In this document: positions 1-9,409 of the stretch, in pieces
Layout: every line of letters begins with the position of its first letter
Numbering within the stretch: position 1 is the stretch's first letter
From: Planctomycetota bacterium
GTDB lineage: Bacteria > Planctomycetota > JAJSAM01 > JAJVHW01
Direction of reading: 5' to 3'
NCBI GenBank assembly: GCA_965248445.1
Contig: CBDFJG010000004.1
Span: 512,001 to 576,000 of the forward strand
DNA: 64,000 nt
Position numbers and translations under genes: made by a program
The notes under the pieces: model-generated
Told to the model about the DNA's origin: nothing
The model's input: only the letters and a program-made list of their open reading frames with translations
Databases searched by the model: none

Positions 1-998
1 GCGAAACTGCTCACCACGAGCAGCGCCACCGACGCCGACCCCGGCACCGCCGCAAGCGGGATCAACAGACGAGCCAGACCTGTCGCCACCTGCGCGACCG
101 AGATCGATGGCCCCACGCCGATGCGACGTGACAGTCCCGGTGCGAGCGTTGCGCCGAGCATCGCACCCGGTCCACCGGCCGCCACGATCAAGCCGAGCAG
201 GAACGGCGACACGTCGAGCTCCTTCGTGGCGTACAGCACGAACACCGCCACGATCATCGTGCTGCAGAAGTTGTGCAGCGCACCGCAACTGACGAGCGCA
301 CGCAAGACACGGTTACCGAGCACGAGTTCGAGTCCGGTCCGCATGGATGCGGTCGTGGATTGATGCGCACGGCTGGCAACGTCCGCCGCGTCGGGACGTC
401 GAATCGTGGCGAGTGACACCGCCGACAATCCAAACGACAATGCGTCGGCGGCAACTGCAAGCGGCGCCCCGAGCCACTGAACGAGCAGGCCGGCGAGGCC
501 CGGTCCACCGGACTGCGCGACGGAGTAGCTGATCGTCAGCTTCGCATTGCCCTCGATCAACCCATCGCGTCCCACGAGATCCGGCAGATACGCCATGCCG
601 GCGACGCTCGCGACGACTGAGATGGACGCCGCCGCGAAAGCGACGGCGCAGAGCTGCACGAACGTGAGCACGCCGAAGTACGCCGCCACCGGAATCGTCC
701 CCAGCAGGAGCGCCGAGAGCATGTGCGAGGTGATCAGCAGGCGCCGCTTGCTACGAGCGCGGTCGACCAACACTCCGGCGAGGAGCCCGAACAGCAGGTA
801 CGGGAGCTTCTCGGCCGCGCCCAGATAGCCCATCTGCGTCGCGCCGGCATCGAGGACGAGGACGGCCGTGAGCGGCAACGCCAGGTGCGAGACCTGATCT
901 CCGACGTACGAGACCGTCTCCCCGAACCACAGGCGCCGAAAGTCCGGCACGCGGAAGAGCGATTCGCGGGGCGGCGGAGGGTCACTCGTGGGCTCCAA
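1..998 (-). CDS. MFS transporter (DHA3/MFS_3-like), runs off the left edge
   Basis: Own translation of the minus strand from TTG at 998: ...LFRVPDFRRLWFGETVSYVGDQVSHLALPLTAVLVLDAGATQMGYL...LLAGVLVDRARSKRRLLI (MFS motif A). Absent from the ORF track because it is open to the window edge. Confidence 0.85.
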   Translation of the reverse strand, partial: MEPTSDPPPPRESLFRVPDFRRLWFGETVSYVGDQVSHLALPLTAVLVLDAGATQMGYLGAAEKLPYLLFGLLAGVLVDRARSKRRLLITSHMLSALLLGTIPVAAYFGVLTFVQLCAVAFAAASISVVASVAGMAYLPDLVGRDGLIEGNAKLTISYSVAQSGGPGLAGLLVQWLGAPLAVAADALSFGLSAVSLATIRRPDAADVASRAHQSTTASMRTGLELVLGNRVLRALVSCGALHNFCSTMIVAVFVLYATKELDVSPFLLGLIVAAGGPGAMLGATLAPGLSRRIGVGPSISVAQVATGLARLLIPLAAVPGSASVALLVVSSF

Positions 999-1117
999 TT
1001 CGAGCTTCTTGTAGCAGGCCCCATGCTGCCGCGGAGGTCGGTGGCGGCCTGCTCTCCGCCGGACCGAGACGCCGCAACCAGCGCTCCGCTATCCTGCGGC
1101 ACCGAGGAGGAGCGCGC

Positions 1118-2566
1118 ATGCGGTGGATCACCCGGCTGACTCTCGCGTTGATCTCTCTGATCCTGATCTCGCCGGTCGCGGCACAAGAGCAGGGCGGCGC
1201 GATCGCGTGGAGCAAGGACCTGCCTACGGCCATGGAGGCCGCCAAGAAGGCGGAGCGTCTTCTCATGGTCTGCATCAACGCGAAGAGCGTGGACGGAGAG
1301 ATGGAGGAGCCCGCCGCGAAGGGGCTCCGCGACGTCGTCTACAAGGACAAGCGCGTCGTCGAGCGGTCGCGGGACTTCGTCTGCGTCTTCCTCACGGCCA
1401 AAGGCTCGTCCAAGGAGTACGACGTACTCCGGAAGCTCGGCATCGACGGCGACATCACGTCGCCGCAGCACGTCTTCGTCAGCGCGGACGGCACGCGCAT
1501 CGTGCACCGCCGCGCCTACTGGGTGTTCGGCAAGGGAGAGCGCGCCGTCGAGGTACTCCTCGAGATGATGACGAAGGCCGAAGCGGCGGCAAAGATCATG
1601 CCCGCGCCCGAACCCGAACCCGAGGGTGACGGTCCGCCGAAGAGCGACAGTGAGCGGGCCACGTGGATCGCGGGACTGATCGAACAAGTCGCGGATCTCG
1701 ACAAGCGTTACGCAGCGGCCAGGCAGCTCGTCGCCGCTGACAACGACGGCGACTGCACAGGCCCGTTGATCGCGCTGCTCCCCGAGTACAAGAAGGACAA
1801 GAGCGCATTGCGCGCCATCGTCCGCGCGCTGGGCCGGGATGGGCTCGAAGCGGCGGCACTGCCGATCGCCGACCTCCTCAAGCACAAGGAGGACACGGTC
1901 CGTGCGAACGCCGCCGTCAGCCTCGAGTACATCGGCAGCCACGACAAGAAGGTCGTCGCAGCGCTCAAGAGGCTCGCGGACAAGGAGAAGGACGCCGCGA
2001 TCGCGAACCACGCGTTCCGCGCCCTCGGCCGCTGCGGCACGGACGACTCCAAGATCCGTACGTTCCTGCTCAAGAAGGCAACGAGCGGCAAGAGTGAGTA
2101 CGCCACATACGGCCCGTGCATCGCCCTCGCGTACTTCGAGGAGGACGAGAAGGCGATGCGCGGGGTCGAGAAGATGCTGAAGCAGATCGGCGTGCCCGGC
2201 GGCCGCAGCGGGACGAACGTGGTGAAGCGCGGCCTCGTCTCCTGGACGCTGGCCTCCATCGGCGACGTGGACAGCGGCGACTTCGTCCGCGAGGAACTGA
2301 TCGCCGGCCTGGAGCACGTGACGGCGTTCTGGGTGGAGGGACTCCGTGGCTTCTGGGACCTGGTCGCGAAGGTCTGCGAGGGCGAAAGGGAGTCACTGCC
2401 GGCCGTCGTGGCGGGCGTGGGCGGTTTCGTCCGGTTCGCCAAGGGCGCCAACATGGAGCGGTACGGCGGCGAGGAGGCACACCTCATGGACGAGGCACGC
2501 AAGAACCGGGATGCGACAGACTTCAAGCCCAAGGGCGAGGACATCCTGAACGTCGACGACGAGTAG
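1118..2566 (+). CDS. Secreted HEAT-repeat protein with N-terminal thioredoxin-like region
   Basis: Signal peptide; IAWSKDLPTAMEAAKKAERLLMV resembles a thioredoxin-like start; HEAT-like repeats (VRANAAVSLEYIG). Confidence 0.7.
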   Translation: MRWITRLTLALISLILISPVAAQEQGGAIAWSKDLPTAMEAAKKAERLLMVCINAKSVDGEMEEPAAKGLRDVVYKDKRVVERSRDFVCVFLTAKGSSKEYDVLRKLGIDGDITSPQHVFVSADGTRIVHRRAYWVFGKGERAVEVLLEMMTKAEAAAKIMPAPEPEPEGDGPPKSDSERATWIAGLIEQVADLDKRYAAARQLVAADNDGDCTGPLIALLPEYKKDKSALRAIVRALGRDGLEAAALPIADLLKHKEDTVRANAAVSLEYIGSHDKKVVAALKRLADKEKDAAIANHAFRALGRCGTDDSKIRTFLLKKATSGKSEYATYGPCIALAYFEEDEKAMRGVEKMLKQIGVPGGRSGTNVVKRGLVSWTLASIGDVDSGDFVREELIAGLEHVTAFWVEGLRGFWDLVAKVCEGERESLPAVVAGVGGFVRFAKGANMERYGGEEAHLMDEARKNRDATDFKPKGEDILNVDDE

Positions 2567-2612
2567 ACTGAGCGGACGCGATCGGCACTCGGTGGGACAC
2601 GAAGGGGCAGGC

Positions 2613-4499
2613 ATGCTGACGAGAACACAGCGACGGGCGGCGACAGGGATCGGATTGGCCGGGTTGGCCGCAGTCGGCCTGGCCGGAAGCCTCATGTGCG
2701 CCGTAGAGATCGGATACGCGATCTGCGCGGGCTACGCACCTCCTCCACCCCCGCCCCCGCCCGTGGAGCCCGCGGGCACGGTCCCCGACGACAGCCGCGA
2801 GCCGACGGACCCCTCGCCGCCCGACAAGCCCGGCGGCCCGACTACCGGCGGCGGCGACGAACTCGGCGGCCCGACGACAGGTGGCGGCGACGACGGCGGC
2901 CCCATCACCGGCGGCGGCGGCGACGGACCGCTCCGTGGCGCGAGAACGGGCGCACGCCCGCGCAGCGGCGGCGTGGATCCGGGACACTGGACACACTGGT
3001 GGTACGCCAACCGGGCGTTCCTGCTCGCGGAGGGCTCGCGCGTCGGTGCACGCGCCGCCGCGACGCCGAGTGCACGCGACAAGCAAGGCGCCGAACTCTG
3101 GCGCGCGGACGCGCGGCGCGCTCTCGCCGAGACGCTCTCCGATGACGACGACGAAGTCGTCGCTGCAGCGGTCCTCGCGCTCGGCAAGGGCGGCGACCCC
3201 GCCGACATCCCGTTCGTGATCCGAATCGCCGAGGACACCGACCGCGGACAGGCATCTCGCGAAGCCGCCGCGATGGCGCTCGGGATCCTCGGTGGAGAGA
3301 CAGCCGGCGACCGCACCTCCGCGCGCACAACGCTCCAGGCCATGGCCGTGGAGAAGGGCGCACCGGAGCGCCAGCGGGCCATCGCGATCCTCGCGCTCGG
3401 ACTGCGGCAAGAGGAAGCGAGCCTGCCGTTCCTGATGGACCAGGCGCGCAGCGGCGGACGCAGCTGGGACGTTCCCGCCGCAGCCCTCACCGCGCTCGGG
3501 CTCAGCGGTTCCGAAGCGGCGCGCGACGAACTCGTGCGGCTACTGACACCCCCCAAGCGGGGCAACGAGCGCATGCGTCAGATCTACGCCGCCCACGGCC
3601 TGGCGAAGCTCGGTGACGTGTCAGCGCTCCCGGCGCTCTTCGATGCTCTGTCGGACAAGTCCGACGACGTCCGGCGTGCGGCCGCTCTGTCGATCGGTGC
3701 CATCGCGCCGGCGGCGCACAAGCCGTCGGTGGACGCTCTCGAGCGTGCCCTCCGAAAGGACGACGACCGCGGCGTGCGCGCCACCTCTGCCGTCTCTCTC
3801 GGACTCATCGGCGGCGACGACGCCCTCGCGGCGCTGCGCCGCAGCTACGACAAGGACGACACCGTGCTGCGACCGTTCGCCGCCGTAGCGATCGGAGTGC
3901 TGGCGCGTCGCGCAGAGCGACCGCGCATCGCGGCTCCGCTGCTGAAGGATCTGAAGCGCGGCACGCGTAAGGAACTGCTGGGTGCAACGTGCGTAGCGGT
4001 CGGGTTGGCCGGTCTGTCCGACGCCACACCGTCGCTGCGAGAACTGCTGAGCGAGAGTCATGACCCGGCCGTGCGCGCGCAGGCCGCGGTGTCGCTCGGA
4101 CTCCTCGGTGATCGCGTCGCGACTCCACCGATCCTGCGCGACATCCTCGAGGACTCGAACGACCCCATCCTGCGCGGCGAGTGCACGCGCGCGCTCGGCA
4201 TGCTGGGCGACGTTCGCACGCTGGTTGCGCTCGACGAGATGGCAACGAACGGCGGCGCGGAGCACGAGCGCATCACGGGAATCCTGGCGCTCGGCCGCAT
4301 CGGCGGCCACGAGTCGTCGAGCCTCCTGACCGGCGTACTCGGCGACATCAAACGCTCACAACTCGAGCGCCACATGGCAGGGAACGCCCTCGGACTCCTG
4401 CTCGACACGAGCGAGGGCCGCCGCGTCGGCCGCATCGCCGCCGACGTCAACTGGTACGCGCTCACGCAGGCCGTGTTCGAGGTGATGGCGGAGATGTAG
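2613..4499 (+). CDS. HEAT-repeat protein with Pro/Gly-rich N-terminal linker
   Basis: Many HEAT motifs (DVRRAAALSIG, VRATSAVSLG, VRAQAAVSLG); ATG 2613 follows GAAGGGG. Confidence 0.75.
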   Translation: MLTRTQRRAATGIGLAGLAAVGLAGSLMCAVEIGYAICAGYAPPPPPPPPVEPAGTVPDDSREPTDPSPPDKPGGPTTGGGDELGGPTTGGGDDGGPITGGGGDGPLRGARTGARPRSGGVDPGHWTHWWYANRAFLLAEGSRVGARAAATPSARDKQGAELWRADARRALAETLSDDDDEVVAAAVLALGKGGDPADIPFVIRIAEDTDRGQASREAAAMALGILGGETAGDRTSARTTLQAMAVEKGAPERQRAIAILALGLRQEEASLPFLMDQARSGGRSWDVPAAALTALGLSGSEAARDELVRLLTPPKRGNERMRQIYAAHGLAKLGDVSALPALFDALSDKSDDVRRAAALSIGAIAPAAHKPSVDALERALRKDDDRGVRATSAVSLGLIGGDDALAALRRSYDKDDTVLRPFAAVAIGVLARRAERPRIAAPLLKDLKRGTRKELLGATCVAVGLAGLSDATPSLRELLSESHDPAVRAQAAVSLGLLGDRVATPPILRDILEDSNDPILRGECTRALGMLGDVRTLVALDEMATNGGAEHERITGILALGRIGGHESSSLLTGVLGDIKRSQLERHMAGNALGLLLDTSEGRRVGRIAADVNWYALTQAVFEVMAEM

Positions 4500-4548
4500 C
4501 CGGCCCGTGGCGGCGGTGGTACCGCGACCGGTGAGCGGAGGTGACGCC

Positions 4549-5040
4549 GTGCGATTTCTAGTGCTTCTCGCGGTCCTCCTGCTCGCCGCGTGCGGAGAGC
4601 CCGTGTCCCCCGCCACGGCGCCGGCGAGGGCGCCGTCCCCCGCCCCCGTCGTCGCCCCGGCGACGACGCCGACTCCCGCGGAGGATCGCGAAGCGCTTCT
4701 CGCGCGCATCGATCAGTTCAACAGCACCATCCGCGAGGGCGACAAGGACGGGTACGCGGACGTGTTCGTCGACGACTTCGTCTTCACCTGGTCGCGCAAC
4801 GGTCAGATCTACGACCGCGAGTCGATCCTGCCGAACGTGGTGCCCACGCCGGACTACAACCCGCTCGTGGACGAGCACATCGTGCGCATCTACGGCGACA
4901 GCGCGATCGTCAACTATCGCGTGCGCAAGGAAGAGGGCGAGGACGGCGCGCGCGTCACGTTCAGCTACGCGCGCATCGACGGCGGGTGGAAGGTCGTCGC
5001 CAGCCACAGCACACCGATCGTCGTCGACGAAGAGGAGTGA
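4549..5040 (+). CDS. SnoaL/NTF2-like (DUF4440) lipoprotein
   Basis: Lipobox LLAAC; VRIYGDSAIV...WKVVASHST typical of DUF4440; GGAGG upstream of GTG. Confidence 0.75.
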   Translation: MRFLVLLAVLLLAACGEPVSPATAPARAPSPAPVVAPATTPTPAEDREALLARIDQFNSTIREGDKDGYADVFVDDFVFTWSRNGQIYDRESILPNVVPTPDYNPLVDEHIVRIYGDSAIVNYRVRKEEGEDGARVTFSYARIDGGWKVVASHSTPIVVDEEE

Positions 5041-5074
5041 GGGTCAGTCCGGGATTCCGGGCGCATCTCGGCGT

Positions 5075-5977
5075 TCATCGGCGCTTACGACGCCACTTTC
5101 GGGCTTTCGGAGGCGGTGAGACGTCGCGGCCCGCGAGCACCGCTTCCAGATCGGCGACCATCTCCGACGGCGTCGCGTACCGCTTCTCACGGTCCTTCTG
5201 AAGCGCCTTCGCAAGGACGTTCGCGAGCGAGTCCGTGAGGTCCTTGCACAGTTCGCGCGGATCCGGAACCGGCGCGTTCGCGTGTCGCTCGAGGATCACA
5301 ACAGCGCTGGTCTCCGCGAACGGCGGACGACCCGTGAGCATCTCGTAGAGGATGCACCCGAGTGAGTAGATGTCAGCGCGGGCGTCGAGTTGGTCGTGGG
5401 CAATCGAGTCCGGCGACCGATAGTGCGCTCCGTAGTGCGCGGTGGAGTCGTCCAGATCGAAGTGTGTCTCGCCGGCGCGCTCACGGCGCGGCCGGGCGAA
5501 CGAGAATCCGCGCAGCTTCGGAATGCCGCTCCGGTCCATCAGGATGCAGCGCGGGTTCACACTGCGATGCAGCATCCCCGCGGCCTCCACGTGCTCGAGT
5601 GCCCGGGCGAGCCCGAGCGCGATCGTCGTCGCCCGCCGTACCGAAAACCACTCCCCTTCCTCGAGCATCGCGGCCAGGCGCACACCGCCCACGTGTTCGA
5701 ATGCGATGTACTGGTGCCCCGCAATCGAGCCGGCGTCCAGCGCCGACAAGATGTTCGGGTGCCGCAGCTTCGAGGCCGCCGCGAGCTGCCGCTCGAACCG
5801 CATACGGAACGCGGGCTTCTCGCTCTCCTGACGCGGGAGGACCTTGAGCGTGACGAGCCGGTCCACCGTCTCCTGATGCGCCCGGTAGATCCGCGTCCCG
5901 CCGACCTGCCCCAGCAACGCGAGGACCCGGTAGTTACCGAAGCGCCGTTGCACGGCCGGTTCCTTTTCATCTCCCAT
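5075..5977 (-). CDS. Ser/Thr protein kinase-like protein, probably catalytically degenerate
   Basis: Kinase fold (VTLKVL, HPNI, ADIYSLGCILYEMLTGRPPF) but HRSVNP replaces HRDxKP and GFS replaces DFG. Confidence 0.8.
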   Translation of the reverse strand: MGDEKEPAVQRRFGNYRVLALLGQVGGTRIYRAHQETVDRLVTLKVLPRQESEKPAFRMRFERQLAAASKLRHPNILSALDAGSIAGHQYIAFEHVGGVRLAAMLEEGEWFSVRRATTIALGLARALEHVEAAGMLHRSVNPRCILMDRSGIPKLRGFSFARPRRERAGETHFDLDDSTAHYGAHYRSPDSIAHDQLDARADIYSLGCILYEMLTGRPPFAETSAVVILERHANAPVPDPRELCKDLTDSLANVLAKALQKDREKRYATPSEMVADLEAVLAGRDVSPPPKARKWRRKRR

Positions 5978-5985
5978 TGTCAGCG

Positions 5986-6402
5986 CTAGACGGCTACGCG
6001 AGCGCGGCGCTTGCGTTCGACGTTCCCTGCGAACCAGCTCGCGGCGATGATCAGCGGCACGTCGATCCACATCCAGGCCGGTCCTCCCGTTCCGATCTGG
6101 GCGAACACCGCGCCAACAACCGTCAGGGCGCCGACCACGCCAGACAGCAACATCGGTCGTGACTTGCCGAGGCGCGCGGCGATCCAGCCTCCGATGCCGA
6201 CCTGACCCACATGGGCGGCGAGGACCGTCAGAAACGCCTGCGGAGGCAGCGTCGCGACGTACGCCTTCATCTGCTCCGGGTCCTGCATGCTCTGCCCCTC
6301 GCCCATCGGGAAGAGCATCGTGGTGTTCAGCAGGATCAGGGCGATGTTCCAGAGGTTTCCCGCAATGAGTCCGACGATCACGGCTCCGATGTTCCGCAGC
6401 AT
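5986..6402 (-). CDS. Small integral membrane protein
   Basis: ATG at 6402 after GGGAG; about 4 hydrophobic helices. Confidence 0.65.
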   Translation of the reverse strand: MLRNIGAVIVGLIAGNLWNIALILLNTTMLFPMGEGQSMQDPEQMKAYVATLPPQAFLTVLAAHVGQVGIGGWIAARLGKSRPMLLSGVVGALTVVGAVFAQIGTGGPAWMWIDVPLIIAASWFAGNVERKRRARVAV

Positions 6403-6459
6403 GGGCGACGACTCCCTTCGGTCGTGATCGTACGCGCCGATCGCAGTAGAATCACGTCC

Positions 6460-7125
6460 ATGACTCTCGCAGAGACACTCACGCAGCTCGAAGCGCTCGG
6501 CGACGAGAAGGTCCGCGCGCGAAACGCCAAACGCGGTGCCGGCGACAATCAGTTCGGCGTCAATCTCGGCGACATCCGGAAGGTGGCGAAGAAGGCGAAG
6601 ACCGACCACGAGTTGGCCCTGGCTCTATGGGACACCGGGAACATCGACGCCCGGTTCCTGGCGACCCTCGTGATCAAGCCGAAGGCCCTGTCGAACGACG
6701 AACTGGATCGGCTGGTGCGGTCAGTCACCTTCGATCGAGTGGCGGACTGGCTGAACTCCTACGTCGTCAAGAATCACCCCGACAAGGAGACGCTGCGCCA
6801 AGAGTGGATGGCCACTGACGACGCCATGGCGGCCCGCACGGGATGGAACCTCACCGCCCAGCGGATCGTGAATAGTCCTGGCGGGCTTGACCTCTCAGCG
6901 CTTCTCGATCGCATCGAGTCCGAGATGGGGAGTGCCCCACGCGTGGCGCAGTGGACGATGAACTTCGCTCTCACCGAGATCGGCGTCCACTTCCCCGAGC
7001 ACCGCGAGCGCTCACTCGCCATCGGAGAGACGTTGGGCGTCTTCCGCGACTACCCCGTCTCGAAGGGCTGCACCTCACCGTTCGCGCCGATCTGGATCAA
7101 CGCCATGGTGAACCGGCAGGGCTGA
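6460..7125 (+). CDS. DNA alkylation repair protein (AlkD-like)
   Basis: FGVNLGDIRKVAKK...ALWDTGNIDARFLA...KGCTSPFAPIWI, characteristic of this family. Confidence 0.8.
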   Translation: MTLAETLTQLEALGDEKVRARNAKRGAGDNQFGVNLGDIRKVAKKAKTDHELALALWDTGNIDARFLATLVIKPKALSNDELDRLVRSVTFDRVADWLNSYVVKNHPDKETLRQEWMATDDAMAARTGWNLTAQRIVNSPGGLDLSALLDRIESEMGSAPRVAQWTMNFALTEIGVHFPEHRERSLAIGETLGVFRDYPVSKGCTSPFAPIWINAMVNRQG

Positions 7126-7137
7126 GTTCTCCGGAGG

Positions 7138-7776
7138 GTGGCCACCAAAGGAGCGCGGCGCCGCACAGCAACCAGCACAGGGACCAACGTCGTGACGAAG
7201 CAGAGTCTCCAGAGTCTCCTACGCGATGTTCGCGCGTGCCGCATCTGTGAGCCTCACCTGGCAGCCGGTGTGCGACCGGTCCTGCAAGCCCACTCTGAGG
7301 CGCGCGTCCTCATCGCGGGTCAGGCGCCGGGCCGACGTGTCCACGAGTCAGGCGTGCCGTTCGACGATCCGAGCGGTGATAGGTTGCGCGACTGGATGGG
7401 CGTGTCGCGCGACACGTTCTACGACGCGACGCAGATCGCGATCCTGCCGATGGGCTTCTGCTACCCGGGGACCGGGACGTCCGGAGATCTCGCGCCACGC
7501 CCCGAGTGCGCAGATGCGTGGAGGCAACCTCTGCTCGAACGCCTCTCCGCAGTGAAGCTGACGCTCGTCATCGGTCAGTACGCCATCAGGTGGCATCTCG
7601 AGCAGCGGCAGAAGACGCTCACGGCGACGGTGCGGGCCTGGAAGGACTACCGGCCGGCTCTCGTCCCGCTGCCTCATCCCAGCCCGCGCAACAACATCTG
7701 GCTGAAGAGGAACCCGTGGTTCGAGGACGAGGTACTGCCCTACCTGCGCCGGCGCATCCGGTCGCTCCTCGGGTAG
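7138..7776 (+). CDS. Uracil-DNA glycosylase family protein
   Basis: CRIC; GQAPG; DPSGDRLRDW; MGFCYPG; LPHPSPRN motifs. Confidence 0.9.
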   Translation: MATKGARRRTATSTGTNVVTKQSLQSLLRDVRACRICEPHLAAGVRPVLQAHSEARVLIAGQAPGRRVHESGVPFDDPSGDRLRDWMGVSRDTFYDATQIAILPMGFCYPGTGTSGDLAPRPECADAWRQPLLERLSAVKLTLVIGQYAIRWHLEQRQKTLTATVRAWKDYRPALVPLPHPSPRNNIWLKRNPWFEDEVLPYLRRRIRSLLG

Positions 7777-8059
7777 CGCCTCGGAGCGCAGCGGTGTTCG
7801 CGGCAGGTGATCAGCCCCCGCGCAGGGTGTGCAGATCGGGCACGGGGGTGGATAACTGCCTCCGAGGCACGAGTTGGGTCGCAGTTGAGCAACGGCGCGG
7901 CGAAAGCCCGGGGGCGCGCGGGCCATACCCAGGTGGGGTCCGCCCAACGGGGGAACGCCGGAGCCGTGCACGGAGCGGCCGGGCGATCGAGAAGGGCACC
8001 TCAGGGAGCCAGATGACGGTGCGGCGAGCGCGGGGTATGCTCCGTCTACGTGATCCGGA

Positions 8060-9376
8060 ATGAACTCGACTCAGCCGTCCACCATCGAGCTCCTTGGCCG
8101 CGCGCGCGCGGGGGATGATCGTGCGTTCAGAGACCTCTTCGAGCGCCACGAGCCCGAACTGCGCCGGCGCTTCGAAGAAAGACCGGACGTCGCGGCTCGC
8201 GAGTTCAGCGCCCCCGATGACCTGATCCTCGAGACCTACCTCGTGGCCCTGAGGCGCGTGGAAGAGTTCCGGTCCCGGCGCGAGGACGCGTTCGGTCGTT
8301 GGCTCGCCTACATCGCGGACCTGCGGTTGGCGGAGTCGCTCCATCGCCCGGAGCTGGTCGGGCCGGCTCTCCAGGCGGCGCTCGCCGAGGAAGCGCGCGT
8401 CGCGGACGAAGCACGGCTTGCCGAAGAAGCACGCGCCGCCGAGCAAGCGCAACTCGCCGAGCAAGCGCAACTCGCCGAGCAAGCGCGGCTTGCCGAGGAA
8501 GAGCGGCTTGCCGAGGAAGAGCGCCTCGCCGAGGAAGAGCGCCTCGCCAAGGAAGCGCGCCTCGCCAAGGAAGCGCGCGTCGCCGAAGAAGCGCGCCTCG
8601 CCGAAGAAGCACGCCTCGCCGAGGAAGCGCGCCTCGCCAACGAAGCACGCCTCGCCGAGGAAGCACGCCTCGCCGAGGAAGCACGCCTCGCCGAGGAAGC
8701 GCGCATCGCCGAGGAAGCACGCCTCGCCGAGGAAGCGCGTCTCTCCGAGGAAGCGCGCCTCGCCAAGCAAGCGCACCTCGCCAAGGAAGCGCGCCTCGCC
8801 GAGGAAGCACGCCTCGCCGACGAAGCACGCCTCGCCGAGGAAGCGCGCATCGCCGAGCAAGCGCGCATCGCCGAGCAAGCGCGCCTCGCCGAGGAAGCGC
8901 GTCTCGCCAAGGGAGCGCGCCTCGCCGAGGAAGCGCGCCTCGCCGAGGAAGCGCGTCTCGCCGAGGTTGCACACCTCGCCGCGGAAATCACCCGCGCCAA
9001 GGAAGCGGCCCCCCCCGACGAAGAGGCGCTCTCGGCATCCTGGGAAGCGGCCATGCAAGTGCCCCTCCCGTGGGAGGGATCGCCGCCCGAGCAGGAGGGG
9101 TTCGTGACGGCGTGGCAAGCCGCCATGCACGTCCCGCTCCCTGGCGAGTCGCAGCCGCCGGAGCCGAAGGAGTTCGCTGCAGCGTGGCAGGCTGCGATGC
9201 AAGTGCCCCTGCCGTGGCAGCCGCCGTCCGACGAGGAAGCTGCCGACGCCGAGTTCGATCTCGACGAGATGACCGACGAGTTGATCGAGGAGTTGCTCGA
9301 CGAAGAGCCCGAGGGCCACGTCGCGGCCCGGGTCACCTCGGGCGATCAGTCCGGCCCGCACGGCAGCGACGCGTAG
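8060..9376 (+). CDS. Hypothetical protein: ECF sigma region-2-like N-terminus, long LAEEAR hexad repeat, acidic C-terminus
   Basis: N-terminus STIELLGRARAGDDRAFRDLFERHEPELRR resembles planctomycete ECF sigma N-termini; repeat visible in DNA. Confidence 0.6.
   Translation: MNSTQPSTIELLGRARAGDDRAFRDLFERHEPELRRRFEERPDVAAREFSAPDDLILETYLVALRRVEEFRSRREDAFGRWLAYIADLRLAESLHRPELVGPALQAALAEEARVADEARLAEEARAAEQAQLAEQAQLAEQARLAEEERLAEEERLAEEERLAKEARLAKEARVAEEARLAEEARLAEEARLANEARLAEEARLAEEARLAEEARIAEEARLAEEARLSEEARLAKQAHLAKEARLAEEARLADEARLAEEARIAEQARIAEQARLAEEARLAKGARLAEEARLAEEARLAEVAHLAAEITRAKEAAPPDEEALSASWEAAMQVPLPWEGSPPEQEGFVTAWQAAMHVPLPGESQPPEPKEFAAAWQAAMQVPLPWQPPSDEEAADAEFDLDEMTDELIEELLDEEPEGHVAARVTSGDQSGPHGSDA
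8381..8974 (+). repeat. Coding tandem repeat, about 33 x 18 bp (consensus CTCGCCGAGGAAGCGCGC)
   Basis: Counted directly as about 33 six-residue units (LAEEAR variants). Confidence 0.9.
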
Positions 9377-9409
9377 ACCGAGACGACGAGCAGACCGATG
9401 TGGCCCGGG

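Noticed and set aside
734..2317. Long antisense or alternate-frame ORFs (also 7811-9361, 19770-21326, 34055-36202, 40102-41559, 51066-52622 and the extension of 42101-44479)
   Set aside because: Shadow ORFs typical of high-GC DNA, overlapping genes with clear family motifs.
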